Below are positions 1-8,610 of a stretch of 64,000 nucleotides of DNA, one piece after another. Below the pieces are notes generated by a model. That model was not told where the DNA came from and searched no databases. It was given only the letters and a program-made list of their open reading frames with translations. The stretch is from Bacteroidaceae bacterium. Lineage in GTDB: Bacteria; Bacteroidota; Bacteroidia; Bacteroidales; Bacteroidaceae. The DNA lies in assembly GCA_017642425.1 (NCBI GenBank), contig JAGCPB010000058.1, positions 59,106 to 123,105 on the forward strand, read 5' to 3'. Position 1 is the stretch's first letter; the number at the start of each line of letters is the position of its first letter. Made by a program: the position numbers and the translations under genes.

Positions 1-44
1 CCTGGAAGGAAAGAACGTATTGGATTTTCATATCAGATAAAAGG

Positions 45-3000
45 TTGAGAAATAAACTTGCCATCATAACCCTCTTATGCGCGTGCACATGCCTGAACGC
101 GCAGAGAAACGTCTTTGTGGACTCCGGTTGGCAGTCCATAAGCTTGGATTCCGTGCGTCCATGGTGCGGTTTCGGGGTTCAGTTGACGGATGGCTGGCAG
201 GATTCCGTTTATAGGGCTGCAATTGAGTATCCGGAACTTGTTGAGATAGATTCCCATGACCTTAAGCGCTGGGGCCTTGCCCCCGATGACATCCCTGACT
301 GGCCCGACATACAGACTTTCACGGGCGTGTCACGCGGTAATGCCACTCTCAATGCCGGTTTCATGCCTCTGATTAAAAGAGACGGGCGGATTTATGCCAT
401 AGAGTCATACAAAGCCATTCTCCGTGCAAGCCCTGCACAGGAAAGAAAAGCTTCTGCTGTTGATACACAGGACAGATACACGCGCCAATCGGCCCTTTCC
501 TGCGGCAAGTGGGTAAAGATAAGGGTTTCGGAAAGCGGGGTATACAAACTTACTGACGCTGCCTTGCGCTCCATGGGATTCAAGGAACCGTCAAAAGTCA
601 GGCTGTTTGGCTACGGAGGTGCCGTGCTGCCCGAGACCAACCTGCAGATTCTCACCGATGACCTTCCGGAACAGCCGTTATGGCGTGAAAACGGATATTT
701 CTTGTTTTATGCACAAGGACCAGTAAGTTGGGAAAGCACAGCAAACGGATATATTCATGAGGTTAACACCTACTCCGATTGGGGTTATTACTTCCTCACT
801 GACCGTTCTGATTCCGTTAAGGCATCGTTCGGCGTCATCAATGATGACAGCATTTCTGAAAGCGTGATTGACTCATACCCCGACTATGCCGTCCTGGATC
901 CTGACGAATACAGCTGGTACCGTTCAGGAAGAAGAATGTTTGAGTCTTATGATTATGCAGGAGGCAGCCGTTCGTACAAGTTCAAGACAGAAGGAATCAT
1001 ACCGCAAAACGTGCGCATGACCGTAGCCTTCTCCACATCGGCCTCAACAGCAACCAAACTGACGGTATCGGTCAACGGCTCCGAGACAGGCAATATGGAT
1101 ATCAACGCCATTACCGGACAGGAAATAGCCACGGTTAAGGAGCGTACTTTCATAAGCATTGGACAGTTCACTGACGAATCTACGGTTCGTCTTACGCATA
1201 CCGCACCGTCGGGTACATCGGGACATCTGGACTACATACGTCTCAATTTTGACCGCAAGCTGGCCTTATACGGTTCAAATACCGTATTCCGTACCGGTTC
1301 AACACAGGACAACGCCAGTTTCAGCATATCAAATTCCACTCCGGATGTAGTGGTATGGCGCATCCGTAATGACGGCTCTGCACAAATCATTCCGTCTCAA
1401 TACGCCGACGGCAAGACCGTCACGTCAGGAACATCATACAAAACAGACGATATACTGGTTGCTGTTAATACCAAGGCCAAGTTCCCAGAGCCTCAGTCTT
1501 TAGGTACTGTAGCCAACCAGAACCTGCATGGATTGGATTCTGTGGATATGGTCATAGTGGTACCGGCATCGGACAAGATAACCGCACAGGCAGAACGTCT
1601 GGCTATGATACACCGTTCCATGGACAGTCTGAGTGTGGTTGTGGTACGGGCCGACATGGTTTACAACGAATTCTCATCGGGAACTCCCGATGCCACCGCA
1701 CTGCGACGTTTCATGAAAATGCTCTATGACCGAGGCGGAAATGATACCGCCCCGCGTTATCTTCTTCTTATGGGCGAAGGCGCATGGGACAACCGCATGC
1801 ACGTATCGGACTGGGCCGGACAGGATCCTGATGATTACCTGCTCTGTTATGAGTCATACGAATCATTGAGCCATACTGATTCATACGTGATGGAGGACTA
1901 TTTCGGCATGCTTGATGATAATGAAGGCGTAAAACTGTTATCTGAAAAGGTTGACCTGGGAGTGGGCCGTATCCCTGTAATGACAGCGGCCCAGGCCAAG
2001 GATGAGGTGAACCAGATCATTGAGTACATGCAGGGACGCCACGCCGGCTCCTGGACCAACCGCATCCTGGTGATGGGTGATGACGGAGACAACAATATCC
2101 ACATGAAGGATGCCAATGATATGGCAGACCTTTACACATCACTGTACCCCGATATGGATGTCCGCAAGATGATGTGGGATTCATACAAGATGGAGGTGAC
2201 AGCATCATACAATGGATATCCGGCCGTACGCAAGCAGTTACTTGAAGAGCTTGAAAACGGAGTGCTGTTAATAAACTATTCGGGACATGGCAGTACAGAA
2301 GTCCTCTCTCATGAACTCGTGGTAAACAAGTCCGATATGAACAGCCTTAAGTCCACGCGTCTTCCGTTCTGGATTACGGCATCGTGTGACGTAGCGCCGT
2401 TTGATTCACCATTGGAGAGTCTGGGTATGAACCTGATAAGGAACAGGATAGGCGGAGCCATAGGAATGCTCTCCACCACCAGGACGGTCTATGCATCCCT
2501 TAACAGGACCATCAACCTGAGTTTCAGCCGATATGTGCTTGCCAACGGTGAAGACGGCAAGCCCAACACGCTGGGCGATGCGCTCAGGCTTGCCAAGAAT
2601 GAGCTGGTAACCAGAGGAACCGGTGAGACAGACTTGTCTGAGAACAAGATCCATTACGTTCTGCTGGGTGACCCCGCATTATGTCTGGCAGCTCCCAGAC
2701 TAAAGGTTGTGGTGGACTCGTTTGGCGGTGTAGATGCCGCCCAGACAGGCACTGCCGCCGCCGGTTCAGTCATAACAGTACATGGCCATATAGAACGTAA
2801 CGGAGTCAGACTGGATGACTTCAACGGCTTACTGTCTGGCACAGTCTATGACAACGAACGTATCATAACCTGCTTCAACAATCTTAAGACTGCCGATGAA
2901 CCCTTCAGTTTCATGTATCGTGACAGGATTCTCTATTCAGGATCTGATTCTGTCAGGAACGGAGAGTTCGCCCTGACATTCCCTGTCCCTATGGACATAA

Positions 3001-3776
3001 ACTATTCCGATGAAAAAGGCCTGATCACCCTATATGCCATCAGCAACAGATCAGGGCTTACAGCTCACGGTCATTTTGACAACTTTACCGTTGGCGGAAC
3101 CGCATCAGGCCTGACACATGACTCTGTCGGCCCCGAAATACATCTGTATCTGAATACGCCTTCATTCCAGTACGGTGCCAGCACAAACAGCACCCCTCTG
3201 CTTGTGGCCAGCCTGCGTGACAGCTCAGGAATAAACACATCGGGCAACGGATTAGGGCATGACATACTGGTTATAATTGACAACAACCCCAACTGGACAT
3301 GGGTGCTCAACGGCAATTTTGAACAGACTCCCGGTGATTATACCAGCGGAACCGTGACATTCCCCATTCCGGAACTACCAGAGGGCAAGCATGAACTTAT
3401 GCTCCGTGCATGGGATATGATGAACAACTCTACAACGGTATACCTGGGCTTCAAGGTGGTGAACGATCTCAAACCCTCATTCACCATCGATGTCACAGAG
3501 AGTCCCGCTCGCGAGAGCACCACATTTGTCATAACACATGACCGGCCCGGTCAGAACACGGATGTGAACATCCAGGTTGCCGACATGAACGGCGCCATAC
3601 AATGGACACATTCCCAGACAGACAATGCCAATACGGGGGTAACCCTCATTACATGGAACCTGCATGGCAACTCAGGCCACAGGATGCAGCCCGGGCTATA
3701 TCTTGTCCGCGCCACCATAGGTAACGGAGACGCCAGATCACAGGCATCGTGCAAACTTGTCATTGTAGGTCCATGA
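45..3776 (+). CDS. porU: Type IX secretion system sortase PorU (C25 cysteine peptidase family)
   Basis: 1243-aa ORF. TTG start followed by signal peptide MRNKLAIITLLCACTCLNAQ. Gingipain-type catalytic contexts NYSGHGS (His748) and WITASCDV (Cys781). CTD-like C-terminal tail (GLYLVRATIG...KLVIVGP). porV lies immediately downstream. The frame stays open to nt 1, so an upstream start cannot be excluded. Confidence 0.85.
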   Translation: MRNKLAIITLLCACTCLNAQRNVFVDSGWQSISLDSVRPWCGFGVQLTDGWQDSVYRAAIEYPELVEIDSHDLKRWGLAPDDIPDWPDIQTFTGVSRGNATLNAGFMPLIKRDGRIYAIESYKAILRASPAQERKASAVDTQDRYTRQSALSCGKWVKIRVSESGVYKLTDAALRSMGFKEPSKVRLFGYGGAVLPETNLQILTDDLPEQPLWRENGYFLFYAQGPVSWESTANGYIHEVNTYSDWGYYFLTDRSDSVKASFGVINDDSISESVIDSYPDYAVLDPDEYSWYRSGRRMFESYDYAGGSRSYKFKTEGIIPQNVRMTVAFSTSASTATKLTVSVNGSETGNMDINAITGQEIATVKERTFISIGQFTDESTVRLTHTAPSGTSGHLDYIRLNFDRKLALYGSNTVFRTGSTQDNASFSISNSTPDVVVWRIRNDGSAQIIPSQYADGKTVTSGTSYKTDDILVAVNTKAKFPEPQSLGTVANQNLHGLDSVDMVIVVPASDKITAQAERLAMIHRSMDSLSVVVVRADMVYNEFSSGTPDATALRRFMKMLYDRGGNDTAPRYLLLMGEGAWDNRMHVSDWAGQDPDDYLLCYESYESLSHTDSYVMEDYFGMLDDNEGVKLLSEKVDLGVGRIPVMTAAQAKDEVNQIIEYMQGRHAGSWTNRILVMGDDGDNNIHMKDANDMADLYTSLYPDMDVRKMMWDSYKMEVTASYNGYPAVRKQLLEELENGVLLINYSGHGSTEVLSHELVVNKSDMNSLKSTRLPFWITASCDVAPFDSPLESLGMNLIRNRIGGAIGMLSTTRTVYASLNRTINLSFSRYVLANGEDGKPNTLGDALRLAKNELVTRGTGETDLSENKIHYVLLGDPALCLAAPRLKVVVDSFGGVDAAQTGTAAAGSVITVHGHIERNGVRLDDFNGLLSGTVYDNERIITCFNNLKTADEPFSFMYRDRILYSGSDSVRNGEFALTFPVPMDINYSDEKGLITLYAISNRSGLTAHGHFDNFTVGGTASGLTHDSVGPEIHLYLNTPSFQYGASTNSTPLLVASLRDSSGINTSGNGLGHDILVIIDNNPNWTWVLNGNFEQTPGDYTSGTVTFPIPELPEGKHELMLRAWDMMNNSTTVYLGFKVVNDLKPSFTIDVTESPARESTTFVITHDRPGQNTDVNIQVADMNGAIQWTHSQTDNANTGVTLITWNLHGNSGHRMQPGLYLVRATIGNGDARSQASCKLVIVGP

Positions 3777-3808
3777 TACAATAAAAGCACTGTTTTGCAG
3801 TTAATATT

Positions 3809-5026
3809 ATGATGAATAAGAATATAATAAAGAGACTGGTCATGGCGGCAGGAGTAATTCTGTCCGTTCAGACCATATCGGCCCAGAAGGAGATATTCAA
3901 CCCTGTATATACAGGCGTGACATCACTCTCCATAGCACCGGACTCCCGTGCAGGCGCCATGGGTGATGTAGGTTGTGCAACTGATCCTTACATGGATAAC
4001 AACAACCAGTACTGGAATCCGTCCAAGTATCCGTTCACCAACAGTCAGGCCGGCGTATCGTTATGCTACACCCCTTGGCTGCGCAAACTTGTGAGCGACA
4101 TTGACCTGGCCAACCTGACCGGATTCTACAAACTGGATGACTACTCCGCACTGAGTGCATCGCTCACCTATTTCTCTCTGGGTGAGGTTATAGCCATCAA
4201 CGGAAGTTCACAGGTGATAATACGTCCGTATGAGATGGCCATAGACTTTGACTACTCCCGCAAGCTCTCCGAGAACTTTTCGGCTGCCGTGGGCATGAGG
4301 TTCATCTATTCTGACCTTCAGTACAACTACGATGATGACCTGTTCCCCGGCAAGGCCTTCTCGGCCGATATATCCATGTTCTACTCAAACTATATCGGTG
4401 TAGGCCGCAGGGACTGTCTGCTGGGACTGGGACTTAACGCATCCAACATTGGCAGCAAGATATCATATGACGGCGGCCAGACCAACGAGTTCATACCCAC
4501 CAACCTGCGAATAGGCGCATCGCTTACCATACCCATTGACGAGTACAACTCATTCGCAATCAGTGCCGACGCCAACAAGCTGATGGTACCCACCCGCCCC
4601 ACATACAACCAGTTCATGCAAGAGGTTTACCCCGATGAGGATCCCGGTGACCTGAGCTTTACATCTGATTACGTGCAGTGGCTGGCTTCGACCGGATATA
4701 ATGAGATGTCACCAATTGCAGGCATATTCAAGTCTTTCAGTGACGCTCCGGGAGGTTTTGAGGAGGAGCTTCGCGAGATATACTGGGGCATAGGTGCTGA
4801 ATACAACTACAATGACCAGTTTTTCCTGCGCGGAGGCTACCATTACGAGAACGAATATAAGGGTAACCGCAAGTACTTTACCGTAGGTGCAGGTTTCCGC
4901 ATGAACGTATTCTCGCTTGATGCAGCCTACCTGATATCAACAGCCCAGAGCAATCCTCTGGACCAGACATTAAGGTTTACACTGTCTTTCGATATGGACG
5001 GCATCAAACAGATTTTCGGCCGATGA
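3809..5026 (+). CDS. porV: Type IX secretion system outer-membrane barrel protein PorV (LptO)
   Basis: 405 aa with a signal peptide ending ISAQ. Carries the N-terminal motif SIAPDSRAGAMGDVG characteristic of PorV/PorQ-type FadL-like barrels. Starts 32 nt after porU, the conserved gene order. Confidence 0.85.
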   Translation: MMNKNIIKRLVMAAGVILSVQTISAQKEIFNPVYTGVTSLSIAPDSRAGAMGDVGCATDPYMDNNNQYWNPSKYPFTNSQAGVSLCYTPWLRKLVSDIDLANLTGFYKLDDYSALSASLTYFSLGEVIAINGSSQVIIRPYEMAIDFDYSRKLSENFSAAVGMRFIYSDLQYNYDDDLFPGKAFSADISMFYSNYIGVGRRDCLLGLGLNASNIGSKISYDGGQTNEFIPTNLRIGASLTIPIDEYNSFAISADANKLMVPTRPTYNQFMQEVYPDEDPGDLSFTSDYVQWLASTGYNEMSPIAGIFKSFSDAPGGFEEELREIYWGIGAEYNYNDQFFLRGGYHYENEYKGNRKYFTVGAGFRMNVFSLDAAYLISTAQSNPLDQTLRFTLSFDMDGIKQIFGR

Positions 5027-5505
5027 CAAACATACGCATAGGATACGGATTTGACATTCACCGTCTGGTAGAGGGACGTGAACTCTGGATAGGCGGAATA
5101 AAGATAGAGCATACACTTGGCCTGCTTGGCCATTCCGATGCCGATGTGCTTATTCATGCCGTTTGCGATGCCCTTCTGGGTGCCGCCACACTGCGTGACA
5201 TAGGTCACAACTTCCCTGACACTGATATGCAGTACAAGGACATAGACAGCAAGATACTGCTTAAACGTACTGTAGACCTTCTTGCATCAAAAGGATGGCA
5301 GATAGTGAATATTGATGCAACCGTCTGCGCCGAGCGCCCCAAACTCAACCCGCATATCCCTGAAATGCAACGTGTCATGGCTAAGGTCATGGGCATTGAG
5401 CCTGACCGGGTCTCTATCAAGGCCACCACAACAGAAAAGCTTGGCTTTACCGGCCGCGAGGAGGGCATCTCCGCACACGCCGTCGCTCTGATAGAAAGAA
5501 TCTGA
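5023..5505 (+). CDS. ispF: 2-C-methyl-D-erythritol 2,4-cyclodiphosphate synthase
   Basis: 160 aa with motifs GYGFDIHRL and GHSDADVLIHA. ATGA start/stop overlap with porV. Confidence 0.95.
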   Translation: MTNIRIGYGFDIHRLVEGRELWIGGIKIEHTLGLLGHSDADVLIHAVCDALLGAATLRDIGHNFPDTDMQYKDIDSKILLKRTVDLLASKGWQIVNIDATVCAERPKLNPHIPEMQRVMAKVMGIEPDRVSIKATTTEKLGFTGREEGISAHAVALIERI

Positions 5506-5517
5506 AAAAACAATCAT

Positions 5518-5560
5518 AAAGAAAGAGAGGCTTCCATTGCTGGAAGCCTCTCTTTTCTTT
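5518..5560. terminator. Bidirectional intrinsic terminator between convergent ispF and tsf
   Basis: Stem of about 19 bp, aaagaaagagaggcttcca / tggaagcctctcttttcttt, with loop ttgc. A-run on one side and T-run on the other. Confidence 0.75.
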
Positions 5561-5576
5561 ATCGAATAATCTTTTA

Positions 5577-6404
5577 TTATTCTGACTTCAGAGTAAAGCG
5601 ACGGAATGCAGTTACGGTGAGGTCCTTGTCCAGAGCCTTCAGGTACTCGGCAACGGTCTTCTTCTCGTCAACGATGTACTTCTGGTTCAAAAGGCAGCTC
5701 TCATCGTAGAACTTCTTCATACGACCCTCAGCGATACGCTCGATCATGTTCTCGGGCTTACCCTCCTCACGTGCCTTATCGGCAGCTATCTCCTTCTCAC
5801 GGGCCACGATGTCAGCGGGAACCTCCTCGGGCTTAACTGCGATAGGATTCTGAGCGGCAACCTGCAGTGCAATCTCATGAACGTAATCCTTGTCGGCAGC
5901 CTCCTTGTTGAAAGCAACCAGGCAGCAGAGGAAGTTCTTACCTTGATGGTTGTAAGAAGCAATCTCGGGAGCCTCAATCCAGTTGTAGCCGTCAAGCTCA
6001 AGCTTCTCACCTACAATACCGGTACGCTCCAGTACGATGTCAGCTACGGTCTTGCCGTCAAAAGGCAGAGCCTTAACCTCATCAAGTGACTTAGCCTTTG
6101 CAGCAACAGCGGCGTCCAGGATGCTCTGTGTGAGAGCAATGAAATCCTTATTGTTGGCCACAAAGTCAGTCTCGCACTTAAGAGCTATGATAGCGCCAAA
6201 GTTTCCGTCAACCTTAACCAGGACACAACCCTCGGAAGCCTCACGGTCAGAACGCTTTGCAGCAACTGCCAGACCCTTCTTGCGGATAATCTCGATAGCC
6301 TTCTCAAAATCACCTTCAGCCTCGGTCAGAGCCTTCTTGCAATCTGACATACCGGCACCTGTCTTGGTGCGCAGGGCTTTAATATCATCAAGTGTTACAG
6401 CCAT
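5577..6404 (-). CDS. tsf: Translation elongation factor Ts
   Basis: 275 aa with N-terminal UBA-like MAVTLDDIKALRTKTGAGMSDCKKAL. Lies directly downstream of rpsB. Confidence 0.97.
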   Translation of the reverse strand: MAVTLDDIKALRTKTGAGMSDCKKALTEAEGDFEKAIEIIRKKGLAVAAKRSDREASEGCVLVKVDGNFGAIIALKCETDFVANNKDFIALTQSILDAAVAAKAKSLDEVKALPFDGKTVADIVLERTGIVGEKLELDGYNWIEAPEIASYNHQGKNFLCCLVAFNKEAADKDYVHEIALQVAAQNPIAVKPEEVPADIVAREKEIAADKAREEGKPENMIERIAEGRMKKFYDESCLLNQKYIVDEKKTVAEYLKALDKDLTVTAFRRFTLKSE

Positions 6405-6432
6405 TTCTTTTAATCTTTAAAGGTTAATAAAA

Positions 6433-7386
6433 TCAAGCCTCAGCCTCCTTCTTGTCCTCCTTGGGAGCAGCAGCCTTACGGGTGCGCTTGGGTTTGGCAG
6501 GAGCTTCCTCGGCGGGAGCCTCAACAGCGGGAGCCTCCTCCTGAGCAGGTGACTCCTCAACAGCGGCCTCTGCAACGGGAGCCTCTTCAATAGTTTCCTC
6601 CTTTCTTGAAACCTTGCGGATGCGCTCGCGGCGGGGCTTCTCAGCCTTCTCTGTCTGAGCCTCCTCGGCATCAGCAGCAGCCTCATCACCCTTCTCAGCC
6701 TTACGCTCGGCAAGACCCTCGGCGATAGCGTCACAGCAAGCGGTCAGGATAACGTCAACAGACTTTGTTGCATCATCGTTGGCAGGGATGATATAGTCAA
6801 TGTTTGAAGGATCACTGTTGGTATCAACGATAGCGAATACGGGGATACCCAGACGGTTGGCCTCACGTACGGCGATGTTCTCCTTGAGAACGTCAATTAC
6901 GAACAGAGCAGCCGGCAGACGTGACAGGTCAGCGATAGAACCAAGGTTCTTCTCCAGCTTGGCGCGCTGACGTGTGATCTGAAGGATCTCACGCTTTGAG
7001 AGGTTTGAATATGTACCATCGTTTGTCAGCTTGTCGATAGTGGCCATCTTCTTCACAGCCTTACGGATTGTGGGGAAGTTTGTGAGCATACCACCCGGCC
7101 AGCGCTCAATAACGTAAGGCATACCTACTGATGATACCTTCTGTGCAACAAGCTCCTTGAGCTGTTTCTTGGTACCTACAAAGAGTATCTTCTTGCCGTC
7201 ACGGGCCATACGCTTGAGAACCTCGGCAGCCTGATCAATAGCGGCTACAGTCTGGTTCAGGTCGATGATATGAATGCCATTGCGCTCCATGAAAATGTAA
7301 GGAGCCATAGCGGGATTCCATTTGCGGCGCAGGTGGCCGAAATGGCAACCAGCTTCGAGAAGCTGTTCAAAATTTGTTCTTGACAT
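6433..7386 (-). CDS. rpsB: 30S ribosomal protein S2 with an acidic/Ala-Pro-rich C-terminal extension
   Basis: 317 aa starting MSRTNFEQLLEAGCHFGH. The last ~85 aa are E/A/K/P-rich low complexity. Confidence 0.97.
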   Translation of the reverse strand: MSRTNFEQLLEAGCHFGHLRRKWNPAMAPYIFMERNGIHIIDLNQTVAAIDQAAEVLKRMARDGKKILFVGTKKQLKELVAQKVSSVGMPYVIERWPGGMLTNFPTIRKAVKKMATIDKLTNDGTYSNLSKREILQITRQRAKLEKNLGSIADLSRLPAALFVIDVLKENIAVREANRLGIPVFAIVDTNSDPSNIDYIIPANDDATKSVDVILTACCDAIAEGLAERKAEKGDEAAADAEEAQTEKAEKPRRERIRKVSRKEETIEEAPVAEAAVEESPAQEEAPAVEAPAEEAPAKPKRTRKAAAPKEDKKEAEA

Positions 7387-7494
7387 AAATTGTTTTAGTT
7401 GTTTGTTTACATTCTTTTAAAATCAACCGTCGGGTAGCTGTCACTTCAGGCGACAGATCCCGGCAGTTTAGATACTAAACACAGATTTCCAGAG

Positions 7495-7517
7495 GCCTGT
7501 ATATATAATGTACAGGC
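7495..7517 (-). terminator. Hairpin 20 nt downstream of rpsI (possible terminator, or part of the rpsB leader)
   Basis: gcctgtata-tataa-tgtacaggc forms a 9-bp stem including one G-U pair. No clear U-tract follows. Confidence 0.4.
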
Positions 7518-7536
7518 GTGGGAATATATCCAGCGA

Positions 7537-7923
7537 TTAACGCTTACTGAACTGGAATCTGCGGCGTGCCTTGGGCTGACCGGGCTTCTTACGCTCAACA
7601 GAGCGAGCATCGCGGGTCAGGAAGCCTTCTGAACGAAGGGCCTTCTTGTCATCAGGATTGATCTTGACGAGAGCGCGTGCAATTGCAAGACGCAGGGCAT
7701 TGGCCTGGCCATTGTAACCGCCACCGTCCAGGTTCACCTTGATATCATACTTCTCAGCCACATCAAGTTTCTTGAGGGGCTGGAGAACTACGTACTGAAG
7801 CAGTGATGACGGGAAATAGACTGCAAGGTCTCTCTTGTTGATGGTAATCTTACCTGTTCCTTCAGAAACGAAGACACGTGCCACGGCGCTTTTTCTACGG
7901 CCTATTGCATTGATTACTTCCAT
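7537..7923 (-). CDS. rpsI: 30S ribosomal protein S9
   Basis: 128 aa. Starts MEVINAIGRRKSAVARV and ends GQPKARRRFQFSKR. Confidence 0.97.
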   Translation of the reverse strand: MEVINAIGRRKSAVARVFVSEGTGKITINKRDLAVYFPSSLLQYVVLQPLKKLDVAEKYDIKVNLDGGGYNGQANALRLAIARALVKINPDDKKALRSEGFLTRDARSVERKKPGQPKARRRFQFSKR

Positions 7924-7934
7924 TCTATTTCAAA

Positions 7935-8396
7935 TTAACTAAGTGAATTGATATCTATTGCCTTGGGCTGCTGAGCCTCATGCTTGTGCTCTGTACCGGC
8001 ATAAACATAGAGATTGTCCAGAAGCTTGTCACCAAGCTTGGTCTTGGGCAGCATTCCCTTAACAACTTTCCTCATAAGTCTCTCAGCGCCGTTAGGCTTT
8101 GCCATGAGCTGTGCAGGAGTGGTCTCGCGCTGGCCGCCGGGATAACCGGTGTAACGCAGATAAACCCTGTCAGTCCATTTCTTGCCGGTCAGGACAACCT
8201 TGTCGGCATTAAGAACGATAACGTTGTCACCGCAGTCAACGTGCGGAGTGAAATTTGGCTTGTACTTACCGCGCAGCAGCTTGGCAACCTTCACGGCGAA
8301 GCGGCCCAGAACCTGGTCCTTGGCATCAACCACGACCCATTCCTTATTAGCGGTAGCCTTGTTGGCCGAAACAGTCTTGTAACTTAAAGTATCCAT
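7935..8396 (-). CDS. rplM: 50S ribosomal protein L13
   Basis: I start the ORF at the internal ATG, giving MDTLSYKTVSANKATANKEWVVVDA. The 14 upstream codons of the track ORF look like leader sequence. Confidence 0.95.
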   Translation of the reverse strand: MDTLSYKTVSANKATANKEWVVVDAKDQVLGRFAVKVAKLLRGKYKPNFTPHVDCGDNVIVLNADKVVLTGKKWTDRVYLRYTGYPGGQRETTPAQLMAKPNGAERLMRKVVKGMLPKTKLGDKLLDNLYVYAGTEHKHEAQQPKAIDINSLS

Positions 8397-8575
8397 TCTA
8401 AACTTTAAATCATTAATTAAACATTCATTTCTACGCAACCTCTCCGTCTCCCGACGTCATGGGAACTCCCTAAACGCTTGTTTTCTGCAGTTACGCTATA
8501 CCGCAGAACCCGTACTCGGGGGTTTAACACGCTAATAACTAACCCCTTATGCAAGGGTTGATAATAATCGGCTCG

Positions 8576-8583
8576 CAAAATTA
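8576..8583 (-). promoter_or_regulatory. Bacteroidota -7 promoter box (TAATTTTG) for rplM-rpsI
   Basis: Matches TAnnTTTG on the minus strand, with a TTTG about 23 nt upstream. Implies a 5' leader of about 175 nt. Confidence 0.45.
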
Positions 8584-8610
8584 CACTTTTTCAATGAAAT
8601 AGCGCACAAA

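Noticed and set aside
6417-6734. 105-aa R/L/P-rich ORF in an alternative frame of the rpsB 3' end
   Set aside because: It lies entirely within the well-supported rpsB CDS, and its composition is a frame-shifted reading of the GAG/GCC-rich tail.
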